A stretch of 63,246 nt of DNA, filler included, from Globobulimina sp. (GCA_003354225.1; 44 parts of 44 records of this genome joined end to end with filler, not necessarily neighbours in it); one strand, 5' to 3'. Shown: positions 1 to 12,969, counted from the whole stretch's first letter. A program made the numbers and translations. Notes: generated from the sequence alone by a model not told the origin.

Positions 1-924
1 ACACCGTTTGAACTTTATTAAACAACTGGTTTTAATGTGGTTAAGCACGTTCTTGATGATTTTGATGGAAGTTAAACAAAACAAAGAGTAAGGTTTGGTT
101 TTAAAATGCAAGTCTTCATTTCTCATATCATTGCAATTATTTCTATTCTCTTTCTCAATCATTTCCTGTGATAATATATGACTTTGTGCTGCAGCAAACC
201 TTGCATAACTTGCCCAATATTCCTCTATATCCTCCAACAAATTCCCCTGCTTATTTCCCTCCAAATTATTCACTTCCGATTTGATATCGTTTCTCAATGA
301 CATTAACTGTGTATAAGCTGTGTCTTTCTTTTGTTGAGCTGCATTAATTTTGGTTTGATCTCTTGATTCTTGTGCTTTTGTTAATTTATGTGCACAAATA
401 TCAAATTGCGTTTTACCGCTTTTATATTTCAGTTTTAGTGTCTGTACCTTTTCAACATTGATATCTCTAAATTTCTCCAATGGAGTCACTAAATGTTGCT
501 CCATATCCTGCAAATATTGACATTTTACTTCATGCAAATTGGAAATATCAACACTCATTTTTTGCGCATACGACGCAAAGGGATCATTTTCTGCAGTTTG
601 TACATGTTTTAATGTGTCGGATAGTTGCAGCAAAAACAGTGGTTCATGCAAAGCGGCATCAAATAAATTACGAACCATATCAGATATTCCATATATATCT
701 GTTTTTGTCACCTTTAACTGTTCCAACGCGGGTATAATCTGTGGATCTGGCTCGGATATTGGCACTTTGGCAATTTTTTCGGCAGCGACCTGCTTTGCTT
801 TTACTGCACCTTTTGCCATTTGTTTGCCTGCCCGCGATAACCCTTTTTTTGCTGAACGACTCACGCTACCCATAATCATTCCAAATTTTGATTTTGGCTT
901 TTTTTTGTCACCTGGTTCTGCCAT
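1..924 (-). CDS. BAR-domain-like helical protein, 3' end runs off window (absent from ORF track)
   Basis: Manual translation from ATG at 924: MAEPGDKKKPKSKFGMIMGSVSRSAKKG...LQDMEQHLVTPLEKFRDINVEKVQTLKLKYKSGKTQFD...LLEDIEEYWASYARF; open to position 1; 'LVTPLEKF...K.K..K..FD' fits BAR helices 2-3. Confidence 0.65.
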   Translation of the reverse strand, partial: MAEPGDKKKPKSKFGMIMGSVSRSAKKGLSRAGKQMAKGAVKAKQVAAEKIAKVPISEPDPQIIPALEQLKVTKTDIYGISDMVRNLFDAALHEPLFLLQLSDTLKHVQTAENDPFASYAQKMSVDISNLHEVKCQYLQDMEQHLVTPLEKFRDINVEKVQTLKLKYKSGKTQFDICAHKLTKAQESRDQTKINAAQQKKDTAYTQLMSLRNDIKSEVNNLEGNKQGNLLEDIEEYWASYARFAAAQSHILSQEMIEKENRNNCNDMRNEDLHFKTKPYSLFCLTSIKIIKNVLNHIKTSCLIKFKRC

Positions 925-1341
925 TGTTGTAGCTTGCAGAGTTGGAATGTTTTTTACAATTTGTGTATATACTTTAGAACATCATATGATGCAGCATTTA
1001 TTTGAAAAAATATTCTTTGAAAATTTTTAAACAAAGATCTCAGTTTAAAAGCTGTATGTCTTAAAGGCAAAGGCAATCAATAACGTGTTTCAAATTCAAG
1101 ATGTAATTTTAAACTTTTTCTGTTTCAAATAAATGCTGTTGTAAAGTATATTTCCTATTCCTACGTATCTTGAATTGTTATATATATCTTGATCTCGCAC
1201 ACCAACGAAGTTTTCTAACTATTTTACTTTAACTCAATTTCCACTTGAAACATGAGACGAAGAAAAAGAGGCACAATATTTGGATCAACAAATGAGTTTA
1301 CAATAGCTAGTACAGAACCTAATATATTTCAGGAGAAAGCA

Positions 1342-1441
1342 NNNNNNNNNNNNNNNNNNNNNNNNNNNNNNNNNNNNNNNNNNNNTTAATTAATTAANNN
1401 NNNNNNNNNNNNNNNNNNNNNNNNNNNNNNNNNNNNNNNNN
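1342..1441. other. Artificial contig spacer (44 N + TTAATTAATTAA + 44 N); recurs 43 times, every ~1440 bp
   Basis: Identical six-frame stop linker between contigs of descending length 1341/1340/1339. Confidence 0.99.
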
Positions 1442-1442
1442 G

Positions 1443-2782
1443 CCAATATCTCGCCATTTATGCCAACAAAATCTAATCCAAAAATTGCCATCGATTTACA
1501 TAAAATATGGGCGCGAAATCGATATGAACCGAGGCATAATTTATTTATCCACAATCGACTATTTTTTCATGTCATTCATATCCTATCCAATCATAATCGG
1601 TCCACAAATACCAAAAATCTTAAATCATTTATATTCGTCATATAAATACGAAAAAGAGATAAATTCCATCAAAAATTCAAGAAATAAATTGATTGAATTC
1701 ATTTCTCTGTTTAGTCCTCGTCGTAGTAACAGCCACCACACTGACAACAATGACGAATTTCTAGATCTGCCAATCAATCCATTCAAACATATCAATTTTT
1801 ATTATTCTCGCATCTTTGACTGGTATTTGAATATGTTTCTGTCCTCAAACCAGATGAACAACCATTACCGCATCAAATTTATTGAAATTATCGGCGAATT
1901 ATGGTTTGGTCCCTCCTTTGAAGAGCGACCGATTGGCGATCGATGTCATACATTGCCATTAATGCAAGACTTATTATTCAAAATCATGGAAAAACAAATA
2001 GATTTTCAACATAATTGCATGAACACCACACAACCACAACAATCGCAGAGACAATCATGTATTTGCCCAGAATTACGCTGTTTGTTACCGTATTTATACT
2101 CATTTCTGAGGGAATCCTTTGAATTTTTCCCATTGGATTTTATCGCAAATTTGCGTATCATCATTGAAATGTTTCTCTATGTGTTGGCTCCATGGAGCAT
2201 ACAGTACAAATTACGGAATCCGGATTTTAATATAAAAAAAATGCGCGAAACCATCAGACACAAATACTTAGAAATGGAGCGAAAAAAAAAAGAAAATATC
2301 TTGACCAGAATCATCAAAAAATATCTCTTTGCCGCAAACGATTCAAATGGTTCAAATAATTTGCATGCCAATAATGCCATTGATGAGAACTTAAAATTTC
2401 TGAACAATAACAACGACGATCGGTTGCGAGATATCAATATAAATAATACACAATTTGAGAAGGCCGATGATTTGGTGGTGTACGAATTGGATGGCATTGA
2501 AAGTATAAACTTATTGGTTTGGAGCGAATACATCATTGAGATGTTGCCATTTTATTCTTCGTTGATTAACTATTTCATCGATACATTGGTAAAGTATGAT
2601 TTTGGCCATCCTTTGAAACAATTGCCAGTGTTGAAAGTATTCCATTTATATAAAAACAAACAAGTCATTAAAATCATAAAAGAGACTGAAAACGTATTAT
2701 ATCACAACAATTTTAATCAGGCAAATGAAAAGTTTCTGTATATCGTCAATATTATACAAGACATTACCTTTAAGCACGTCAA
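1443..2782 (+). CDS. SMPD4: Sphingomyelin phosphodiesterase 4 (nSMase3)-like, internal fragment
   Basis: Motifs LSTIDYFFMSF, IIGELWF, EMFLYVLAPW, WSEYIIEMLPFYSSLINYFIDTLVKYD...VLKVF match the SMPD4 pattern (EMWLSYLQPW; W..FV.ENLLMYTKLF..FL.RA...D). Confidence 0.6.
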
Positions 2783-2882
2783 NNNNNNNNNNNNNNNNNN
2801 NNNNNNNNNNNNNNNNNNNNNNNNNNTTAATTAATTAANNNNNNNNNNNNNNNNNNNNNNNNNNNNNNNNNNNNNNNNNNNN

Positions 2883-3240
2883 GACACCAAATCGCCCTAG
2901 AAAACGAGATAGAAAAACAAGAGAAAGTGAATTTTTTCCAGGCGATGTGGATGCTGATAACTATAATAACCCACAAACAATAATAACGCATGAAACAAAT
3001 ACCGAAGAATTTCAGCGGAGTTTAGATGAATTTATCGAGATTCAAGAAAATAATAAAAAATCAGGCGTAGGAGAATCAGAATTAGATGAAATGAAAAACG
3101 TATCTGTTGCCCATAGAATTGCTCAATTAAAACAAAGTATTGATAAACAAAATAGTAAACATCCATTTTTTGATAAACCACCACCCAAAAAGAAACGGAA
3201 AAAAACCAAACCATCTCCATACATTTCCAAATTAAATTAA
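2883..3240 (+). CDS. Unknown protein fragment (probably continues via intron to ~3366)
   Basis: Open frame with charged/low-complexity content; candidate acceptor ttgcaag near 3290. Confidence 0.35.
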
Positions 3241-3437
3241 ATGTTCATTAATATCTAATTGTATATCGACTATTACTCTTGCATTGCAAGGATGTTCCAG
3301 CAATCTACAATGAGTACAATGGAGTTATCGGGCTTAAGCACTGATGGTGTTCTTCAAAAGAACCAAGTGGGTTTTTTGAAGGCATCCTTTAGAATTTATA
3401 CCGTTTTGCTTAATTATATAATGTTTAATATTGACAA

Positions 3438-4223
3438 TCAAGAAGCAAATGCGCCAGCTTCATAAAGACTATACAAATGTATTGAATCTTGTAATTGAGA
3501 TGCAGTGATTGGTTGAGATGCATTAAATTGTAATTCATAAGCACCAGCATATAATATTCCAATTCCATTATCATTGAAATTCCCCGTAATATTTGTTTCC
3601 ATATATACAATGGCTGCAATATTTTTACTATTAAATGCTACAATAAACGTATTATCATTATTGTCTTTAACAGAAGTAATTTTTAATTGGGGGTCCATTG
3701 CTTTTGTGTTCTTTGGGGACGATATAAACATCCAATTCTCCGTAATAATATTATCCGTTTTTACATCAATTAATCGCCATTTTAATCCGCAATCATTTGT
3801 TAAACTTAAACATTTCGATTGTGTTAAAAAATCATTATGAGACAATGAATATACTTGTTTTGCAGATTCATAATCCATTGTTACACTCACATTCCATGTA
3901 TTCGTTTGCTTCGAGGTTGCAAACGAATTTGCTGTAAATTGTATAACGCACTCATTCGTTGAATCACATTTAAATTCATTTATATAATCATTAATTGCCC
4001 AAAAAGTATAATTGTTACCATTGTCATAACCAGAAACCAATACTTTTGCATGGAAATGTTTCGCATAATAAGCAACCAATTTATATCTATTTAAATAATC
4101 AACTCCCGACCAACTCGCACCAGGCCAAATATCGTTGGTCTGCCAATACATTGAACCCATAGTACAGCCAGGTGTCGATGCGCCGCATGTTTCCCTTAAA
4201 GATCTAAAAAATTCAACCTCAAC
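3438..4223 (-). CDS. MANBA: Beta-mannosidase (GH2), C-terminal part
   Basis: CTMGSMYWQTNDIWPGASWSGVDYLNRYKL..YYAKHF signature; C-terminal Ig-like GNFNDNG. Confidence 0.9.
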   Translation of the reverse strand, partial: VEVEFFRSLRETCGASTPGCTMGSMYWQTNDIWPGASWSGVDYLNRYKLVAYYAKHFHAKVLVSGYDNGNNYTFWAINDYINEFKCDSTNECVIQFTANSFATSKQTNTWNVSVTMDYESAKQVYSLSHNDFLTQSKCLSLTNDCGLKWRLIDVKTDNIITENWMFISSPKNTKAMDPQLKITSVKDNNDNTFIVAFNSKNIAAIVYMETNITGNFNDNGIGILYAGAYELQFNASQPITASQLQDSIHLYSLYEAGAFAS

Positions 4224-4399
4224 NNNNNNNNNNNNNNNNNNNNNNNNNNNNNNNNNNNNNNNNNNNNTTAATTAATTAANNNNNNNNNNNNNNNNNNNNN
4301 NNNNNNNNNNNNNNNNNNNNNNNTTGAAATAGCAACTAAAAAGTTGCGCGGCAACTATGATGGAAGTGTGAGCTCCAGTTTTTTTTTTAAGTTTTCATC

Positions 4400-5664
4400 A
4401 TGTCAGACGAAGAAGTGCCTTTACAATCTAATGATGAAGATAATCAACAATCTAATATCCATATTAATACCACTGCACCAAATGTAAACGAAAATGATGA
4501 GGAGATACAAGTGACAGATAATACAGATGCACGCAAAACTGATCATGACGAAACGCAAAATCTCATAAATGAAAATGACAATGACAATATAGCGTCATCT
4601 TCGACTTCTATCAATAATGATTTTGTTGATGTTACCGTCGATATGAATAATAATCCAGATAATGACACTAAAAATAACGATATCAACACAGATCAGTCTA
4701 AAAATGAATATATGGACCACGAAACCAAACAGAATGATAACAATGAAACTGAACATAATATAAACAACACACAGAATGACCTCAAAAATAAAAATAAACA
4801 CCATTTGCATAGCAAGTTATCTTCAGATAACATTCAAGCACAAATATCACCAGTCTCGTCTGCCTCCACTGTATCGCATAATTTCAGTGTCGATTCAATC
4901 GGCTCTGAGCCATTAGTATCCAATGCAAATGACACCATTAAAGCACGCATATTAACTACATGGGTCCCCAAAACCACATTAGCCTCAGAATTGACTGTCA
5001 TCGCCGGCGACACTGTCACCATCATACACAGCGAAGCTATACAATTAGTGGACAACCCATTGGCTGTCTTCATCGATAAAATCATTATACTAAACACCAT
5101 CCATTGGACACAAATACAACAACGCAGTGGCAAAATAGGTGTGGTCCCTTCCAATATATTGTGCTATGCGCAAAACCCCATCAACGACGTCTGGACCAAA
5201 GTAAAAATCCAACATTCCTTCATGGCCAAAGCTGCAAATCAATTATCAATCTCTGCCCACGAACGCATAAAGATCTATGGCTGCGTCGACGAAGATGATA
5301 TGATCACTGCACAGAGCAAAGAGTTAAGCATACACAATACGCATATACTAAAACTACATAAATCAACACAGCGGATCGCAAGGATTAATCCCATATAACT
5401 TTGTAGAAATCCCTACAGCTCAGAATATAAACGATGCATTGACTAAAAATGGCGGACAATCCCCGCATTTTCGTACTTCCGCAGGGTCCATATCCAGTGG
5501 ACAGAGCGATGAATATCCAGAGAACACAACGCACCGAAGCTCTATTAATATTTCCCGCAGTCGTCATTCTTCCATTGACCGAGTACACCATCCACAGACA
5601 TCTTCGTTGAAGTTTGTCATCGATGATACCATCGCCAATCTAACCGATGGTGCTTCTTCGCCTT
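4400..5664 (+). CDS. Tandem SH3-domain protein with Asn/Asp-rich N-terminus, 3' partial; 49-nt intron 5323-5371
   Basis: ELTVIAGDTVTI...W...GKIGVVPSN; second SH3 QLSISAHERIKI completed by splicing to QSKDGSQGLIPYNFVE. Confidence 0.75.
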
Positions 5665-5764
5665 NNNNNNNNNNNNNNNNNNNNNNNNNNNNNNNNNNNN
5701 NNNNNNNNTTAATTAATTAANNNNNNNNNNNNNNNNNNNNNNNNNNNNNNNNNNNNNNNNNNNN

Positions 5765-7006
5765 TAAATGATCAATATGGCATTTCTCACAATCAATATA
5801 TTTACTATAATCTGGCAGTTCTAATTTTGCTGCATATAAAATACAAAATTCATCAGCATAATATGCAACAACTACACATGATCTATGTTGATAACATAAA
5901 TAAATACACTCATTCTTGCTCATTACCCTATTTTCTGTTGGATTGAAATCAATATAAGTAATCCAAATAAATCCAATATCATTGAAATTATTTTCAAACG
6001 AATTAGTAAAATCATTCTTATTTTTAATTAACGATATTTGCTTCATTCCGAATAGTTTGTCGTCAACAAATGTTTCAAATGAATTAGATTTGCAATTCCA
6101 ACCAATTAATACTGATTCAATCACAGGAATCCCACTCAATATTTTATCATTATCTGTTTTGGGATCAATGGTCATTGAATAATCTGTTTTGGGATCAAAA
6201 TTTGTTTCAAATGAACATTGATTTGTTTGAAATTCATGATGAATACAAAAGTTATCAATGTCACATTTTTTTTTACAAAATGTCTCCAAGTCAACTTCCT
6301 TAACATTATCATCCACATAAACGTGTAAATAAGGAATTGGTGTCAACAAAGTGCCAATGATTTTGTCATTTGCGGTTTGTGGGTTACATAAATGTCCAGG
6401 CCATATATTACGATGATTATGGCCATGAATATAATAATAATTTAGCGCAGATTCAATAGATAAATCATGAATTTGTGAATATACAAATATTGCTTTATCA
6501 CAAACTAATTGGGATTCGCCAACTTGACAGATTCCCATTTTAATATCTTTTAAATTATAATCAAATGATGTTCTTCTTATTTGACCATCAGATCCATCAA
6601 TATAATAATAATAAACTCCAATTTTATCACATGTGATATATGCGGGTTCAGCAAAATAATTTAAAATATTTACATTTACAACATCAGCATTAGTTCGTAT
6701 CCACTTAACAGTTCCACCATTATTCCTATCACAGGTCATACCAATGAAACATTTATATTTCACTCCGAAACCACATAAATGTTTTGCTTTCTCATATTTC
6801 ATTCTATAATCAATATCTGTAAACTCCACTAAATGCCCGTCATAGCCATGTAATGAACATGACCAAGAACCCTTGTAGGAATTTAAGACAATTGGGGAAT
6901 ATAATTTGTGCAGTCCATTCCATCGTGGTGGGTGGTGGATCTTCCGGTGTACGTAACCTCCCGAGAATGATATTGTCCCATCGTGACTTCTTACGGAATA
7001 GGACAA
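5765..7006 (-). CDS. Cys/Tyr-rich extracellular-type protein with PAN/apple-like modules, partial
   Basis: Long ORF; ECIYLCYQHRSCVVVAYYADEFCILY and FCKKKCDIDNFC...QCSF fit C-x3-C-x5-C PAN spacing. Confidence 0.45.
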
Positions 7007-7205
7007 TGCATCTTATGCTAGATATGATATCTTTTTGTGTCGAGAGTGTGAAGATGATGGTGAGGAATTGTCCTGTACGAACGACATCATCGACCATGAA
7101 GGGGTNNNNNNNNNNNNNNNNNNNNNNNNNNNNNNNNNNNNNNNNNNNNTTAATTAATTAANNNNNNNNNNNNNNNNNNNNNNNNNNNNNNNNNNNNNNN
7201 NNNNN

Positions 7206-7991
7206 TTTAGAAATGACGTAAGGGTGAAAGGGAAAGGTTTGCCATCGTCCCAAATTAAGAAAATCTTCGAAATTGCAAATTTGGATGAAACTGATATGAA
7301 TAATATTGATGTTGACTTTTTAAATAATGTGAATAATGAGGATGAGGCCGAGGAGGAAGAGGATGAAGAAACAGAAACTGAACAAAAACAGACATTTGAA
7401 TTATTTGATGAGAATCCGGATGATACATTGGTGGGACATGAGTTTGTTGAGTGTTTGGTCCGCATCGCAAAACGCAAGTTTCCCACTGCACCAACATTAG
7501 CAAAATCGTACGAATTATTATTAGAAAAGTTTTTGCGTAAATATGCCTGTCACAGCAATAAATTTAGGGATCTTATTCTGACGCCAGAAATACAAAATAT
7601 TTTTGTTGAATTCGAATTAAATTTGAAAAAAATATTTATTTATTATAGTAAATTATCATTCAAAAAATTAAGTTTTGATATACCATCAAATACTGATTGG
7701 TTGCAATTAAGTATACGACCAAATGAATTTTGTTCCATGTTAAAAGATTGTCGGTTGGTCGGCAATACATTGACACAGCAAACATTAGATATTACATTAA
7801 ATAAAATTGCAAAAACTGACGAGGGTTTATTTGATTATCAACGTTTTTGTGAAGCATTGGCTGCGATCGCATGTTTAAGAAATCCGGATCCATACATTCC
7901 ATTAAAAGCGAAAATTACAATATTTGTTAGTTTAGATCTTATTAATCCATTAATTAAAGGACAATTAATTAAAAATGCGATCAAAAGATAA
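7206..7991 (+). CDS. EF-hand-like helical protein, C-terminal part
   Basis: DTLVGHEFVECLVRIA, IRPNEFCSMLKD, FDYQRFCEALAAIA degenerate EF-hand repeats. Confidence 0.55.
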   Translation, partial: FRNDVRVKGKGLPSSQIKKIFEIANLDETDMNNIDVDFLNNVNNEDEAEEEEDEETETEQKQTFELFDENPDDTLVGHEFVECLVRIAKRKFPTAPTLAKSYELLLEKFLRKYACHSNKFRDLILTPEIQNIFVEFELNLKKIFIYYSKLSFKKLSFDIPSNTDWLQLSIRPNEFCSMLKDCRLVGNTLTQQTLDITLNKIAKTDEGLFDYQRFCEALAAIACLRNPDPYIPLKAKITIFVSLDLINPLIKGQLIKNAIKR

Positions 7992-8148
7992 CAAAAATAA
8001 TATAACTCCACTAAATATGTATTGTACTGTGTTCTCTTTAATATTGTCACTGCACAGTTCTTCATAACTGCACTCGATTTCTATACTTTTACTATCAAAA
8101 CAGAATTTTTGGAAAGTGTGTTTCCGAAGTAGTGAACTTTGGATAATC

Positions 8149-8490
8149 ATGACCTTCCAAGGTAGAATCTCGTATACTCCTGTAGAAGGTCGCTACGGAT
8201 TTATAACTCCTGTAGAAGATTCTGCAGCGAGATTGATCGGTAAACTTAATGCCAGAGGAAATATCTATTTTAGTTTCCAAAATTATGATTCAGATGAAAG
8301 CAGTTGGCAGCAATTGGTTCAATTTGATATTTTCTTTGGTTTTTCTGAAACGTGGGTAGCTACGAATGTTAAAGCTGTGGATGATCATGGAAGTCATGAT
8401 ATAGTTTCGGATAATCAAAAAATTGCAATTAGACTATGGCTAACTAAGTTTTTTTCGAGACCGTTACATTTCAAGTCTACTTATGTCTAA
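8149..8490 (+). CDS. Small cold-shock/OB-fold-like protein
   Basis: MTFQGRI...GRYGFITP (RNP1-like), NIYFSF (RNP2-like), VQFDI...ATNV. Confidence 0.45.
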   Translation: MTFQGRISYTPVEGRYGFITPVEDSAARLIGKLNARGNIYFSFQNYDSDESSWQQLVQFDIFFGFSETWVATNVKAVDDHGSHDIVSDNQKIAIRLWLTKFFSRPLHFKSTYV

Positions 8491-8646
8491 GAGGATTGCT
8501 TGCCAGCAGCGTGGATTAATAAATAGTCCTCACTCTATTGCCTCTANNNNNNNNNNNNNNNNNNNNNNNNNNNNNNNNNNNNNNNNNNNNTTAATTAATT
8601 AANNNNNNNNNNNNNNNNNNNNNNNNNNNNNNNNNNNNNNNNNNNN

Positions 8647-9587
8647 GATGGGCATCGGGAGGATGATGATGGATTTGATTGGAGTGAGTTTATGGATGAA
8701 GAGGAAGATATGGATATTTATGATGATGTGCCAGCTATTACAGAGGAGGAGGAAGAGGAAGAAAAAGATCCCATTGAAGAGGAATTGACAGATAGTTATG
8801 TAAATGTTTATGTGTATCAGAAATTTCTTATATTTTTATTGCATGATATCCCACGTCATATTCATCTAAAAATACCTTTTTATTTTCATCCATCGAATGT
8901 TAACTTTTTTCTTTGTGCACAGATGATGAAAAGAAAGGTATTTTTGGTATTTTTAATTGGATTGTAACCCGTATAAAATCTGTGAAAAATACATTTTTCC
9001 CTCACGAGGATGATGATGATAATGATACATCGCACAGTCCATACACCAAAGGTTTAATATGTTTAAATATTGCGTATTCAATACATGTTAATATATATTT
9101 AGAGGCTCGCGAAGCGCGTAATGGCTACAACGATGTTGATAGAGAGGTGCGGAAATTGGAGGATGAGTTGAAAGCTATTGAGAAAGTTTTGGGAATGGAT
9201 TTTGGTGAGAAAAATATTTATGCGGCGTTGTTTGATGAGTGTTATTCTACGAAAATATCCAAATATGATTATGAATTTTGTGCATTTGGGAAGGCGCTGC
9301 AAAAGGAAGGAAGCTCATCGACTGATTTGGGCAGTTTTACATCGTTTGGATACAATGATAAGATGGAGTTAGTAATGTCATTCGAGGATGGACAGAAATG
9401 TTGGAATGGCCCTAAACGGAGTGCTTCGGTTTTGTTTGTGTGTGATACGGATAATGAGATTATAAATGTGAGTGAACCATCGACTTGCAGATATTCAATG
9501 ACTTTCCATACGCCATTGGCCTGTCAACAAGAGGAACTTGATAGATTTACAGAGTTAATCAATAAGCAGTTCAAGACGGAGTTGTAA
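8647..9587 (+). CDS. PRKCSH: Glucosidase II beta subunit, C-terminal part; introns ~8795-8922 and 9052-9102
   Basis: Acidic region, MRH domain (YDYEFCAF, GQKCWNGPKRS, VSEPSTCRY..TPLAC), terminal KTEL ER-retention signal. Confidence 0.92.
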
Positions 9588-10304
9588 AGTGATGTTATGA
9601 CCATGGAGCGTACACTTTTATTGACATTTTTTCTTTGACTGAGCATACAGAACGTTAACGTACTGTTTTTTCTTAATTTAATCATATTTCATAGAATCAA
9701 GGATTTTCGGAAAAGGAAGGATCTAAGGAAGGATCTGATATATGTCAGATATATGTAGATATAGCTGAGATACGTACATCTGTATACATCTGAGAAGTAT
9801 CTAGATATATTTGAGCTATATCACATAATTAATGGTGTTGCTGTAAACAACAAAACAAAAAAATGTAATCAATAATTGTTTGATTTATCTTAAGCAATGG
9901 TGTTGCCTGGATATCCTTTACTAGTTTGTATAAGTTCCCATAGCATATTTCTGTTATCCATATGATTAATTTTGTATTTCTCTTTCANNNNNNNNNNNNN
10001 NNNNNNNNNNNNNNNNNNNNNNNNNNNNNNNTTAATTAATTAANNNNNNNNNNNNNNNNNNNNNNNNNNNNNNNNNNNNNNNNNNNNATTTAAAACATGA
10101 TCAGTTTAAAATAAGCTCTTTAAATCAACAATTTTGAAAAGGCGATATTCTAAACACTATAATGTACAGTAATTGTTGATGTCTTTTATAATCGAATATT
10201 AATTGCAATCATTTCTTGTTTAATACAATTGAACTTTATTGTTACAAGATAGCAAATGCATGAAATGGTTATAATTTGCCACCATTGCATCACGTACTAT
10301 GTTT

Positions 10305-10664
10305 TCAGTGATTAATGAGAAATGCTATGATAGCACCAAAGCAAAATACAGCTAAGAATGGGAAACCACCTTTTGGTGGTTTCCCTAAACCAACAAACAA
10401 TTTACGCTCCACAAGCTTTCCAATTAAGAATGATTTGGAGAGATCCTTTGCCTTTTTAGAATGTGACTTGCTTTTAAAGCCTTGAGTTGCATCCTTTCCT
10501 CCATGTTGTTGCAATACCATAGATCCGCCAGGATGACTGTCTTGGAATTCAGTCACATCATAGACTTGCTCACCCAATACGAGCCATAAGTCTTTCTTTG
10601 TGTTATGTTTACACACTTCGTCCATTGTATATCCCTCCAAGTTGGAAACTTCTTTTGCTGCCAT
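10305..10664 (-). CDS. CYB5: Cytochrome b5 with C-terminal membrane anchor
   Basis: HN..KDLW, VYDVT.F...HPGG, GKDAT.GF...HS..A, hydrophobic tail. Confidence 0.95.
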   Translation of the reverse strand: MAAKEVSNLEGYTMDEVCKHNTKKDLWLVLGEQVYDVTEFQDSHPGGSMVLQQHGGKDATQGFKSKSHSKKAKDLSKSFLIGKLVERKLFVGLGKPPKGGFPFLAVFCFGAIIAFLINH

Positions 10665-11528
10665 TAATTTAATTCACTTCAGTGTTGTTGACTATACTTC
10701 AACATGGCAATAAAAGTGGTATGTACATATGATCATATTACAAGCCTCTATAAATTGTAAAATCATTAATTTCATAATAATAATAAGTTAAACTCTTTGT
10801 ATGTATACTGCACTACATTATAGGTTGCGACATTTTGCGTGATGTCTTTCTATGTTATTTGAAATTATGGTATACACAAAATTACACGGATTAGGTATTT
10901 TATTTACGGATAACGCCAATATTCTTTTCATCACCTAACAGCATCAATTATTTAAAATTTGTCCATAGGTGTTATATTTTTGTATCCTCGCACTCAGTGC
11001 GCAACTGGTTCCTTTATGTGCGAGGATAGAAAAAGTCATTGTATAAAGTTCAGACTTTTAATTCACATAAGTTCTCTTAAAATTTGTACATACGTAACGT
11101 GATACGTTCTCTTCATAGCAAATAGTAGTTTGGACTTTTATATAATTCCGTTTTTAAAATCAGTTGAAAAGGTGACAGTGTCAGTTATGTATCGTTCAAT
11201 TTTCAGATGAGAGTATACAAAACAAAAAAACATCTAATTTAATATAAACACGTGATAAAAACACTGAAAAATATAACACCCTAAACATGTTATAAAAGCA
11301 TATTATAATTCCCAAACATCGCACAACACGCATACAAATAAAATAACAGACACAGACACACAAACAAACAAACAAACAAAAAACACAAAACACATTTAAA
11401 AAGCACAAAAAACATTTAAAAAACACCCNNNNNNNNNNNNNNNNNNNNNNNNNNNNNNNNNNNNNNNNNNNNTTAATTAATTAANNNNNNNNNNNNNNNN
11501 NNNNNNNNNNNNNNNNNNNNNNNNNNNN

Positions 11529-12806
11529 ACCATAAAAATTAATAATTCTCATCAAATCCTTTCTATGTTTATTATTAATACCGTTTGCCATTAATTTCAT
11601 AAATTTGCGCACCAACTCAGTCGGGATAATCTCGCCTGTTATGAAAGCACATTTGAAATGATTTGCATCGATACTTTGACTGTGTTTAATTAATGAATAT
11701 ATGGTCGATGATAAGAAACAAGCTGCATTCACGCCATATAATTCAATCAATTTCCATAATTCGGATATATCACTTCTTTGTTTCGGATTTGGAATAACTG
11801 CGCAGTGTCCATGACTTACAGCGCATGCTAATATATATATATTTATATTATATGTTGCTTTCTTATCATATATAAAGATAACTTAATAGGTTATATGTTG
11901 TGATATGGAACGTAGACCTATTTTTTGTATGTGTTTGTGTTATATTACGCAGAAACAGTACAGGTAAAGAAACGCAATATACCCAGTTAATAATATTCTA
12001 CATCCAGATGGATATTCAGAGGGATCGAATATATTTTGATTATTATAATATTTAAACAATGTTAAATATTGTTTGGATGCACTACATTTGTTGCTAAATG
12101 AATGTGTAATTACTTTTGGTTTGCCAGTGGTACCGGATGTACTCATAAATTGGCAGATATTTGACATTGAGAATGCATTTGAAGATGATATATTTGCACA
12201 CATTTCTTGTAATAAATCTAATTGTTGTTGTTTATCACCAATCCAACTGTACTCGTCATTGAAACCTGGAAATAATTCTTCTAAATCAATATGTTGTAAA
12301 TCTGGGTTATTGCTTATATTTAAAGGGAATGGTTTTTCATAAACTATTAATTTGACCTTTGTGTTTTTAATGATTTCTATGTTTATATTTGCATTTACAA
12401 TGGGGTTTAATGGAAGAAATGTACAATTTAATATATGCGATGCTAATATTAATTGCACAAATTCTGGTCGGTTTGCGGTGATACAAGCAATAACATCTGA
12501 GGGTTGTATGTTGTATTTGTCTCGTAAATAAACAGTACATTGTAATACGCGATAATATAAATCTTGATAAGATATAGCATTTCCATCATATATAAGTGCA
12601 AATCTATTTGGATACAATTGGACTGAATTGAAGAAATCATTTAATATTGCATTGTTATGAGTGTTTATGTTTATTGTGTTTCTCTGGTTTATATCATGTG
12701 ATGGTTGAGAAACATTGAATTTTGCTAATGCGCAAAACTTAGGATAGATATGTGAATGCAATATATGAGTCCTGCTAAAAGTCCGCGAGCAAAGTCGTCG
12801 GAACAT
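11529..12806 (-). CDS. AMP-dependent (acyl-CoA) synthetase, N-terminal part, intron-containing, likely mitochondrial
   Basis: STSGTTGKPK P-loop; later exons ITGEII, IINFYG; presequence MFRRLCSRTFSR. Confidence 0.85.
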
Positions 12807-12969
12807 GACAAAAAGAGTTTCAGTGATCTTTGAGAATTTGAGCACAAAATAAATTAAACTTTTAGTTTTNNNNNNNNNNNNNNNNNNNNNNNNNNNNNNN
12901 NNNNNNNNNNNNNTTAATTAATTAANNNNNNNNNNNNNNNNNNNNNNNNNNNNNNNNNNNNNNNNNNNN

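Noticed and set aside
480-1030. Plus-strand ORFs in the ORF track
   Set aside because: Antisense shadows of the minus-strand BAR-like gene; the same applies to most short ORFs overlapping real genes.
3259-3465. Sense-antisense overlap with the beta-mannosidase stop
   Set aside because: The overlapping part is probably intron/UTR read-through or a chimeric join; no evidence of real dual coding.
9715-9825. AGATAT/ATATCT-rich patch after PRKCSH
   Set aside because: Degenerate low-complexity sequence without a definable unit.
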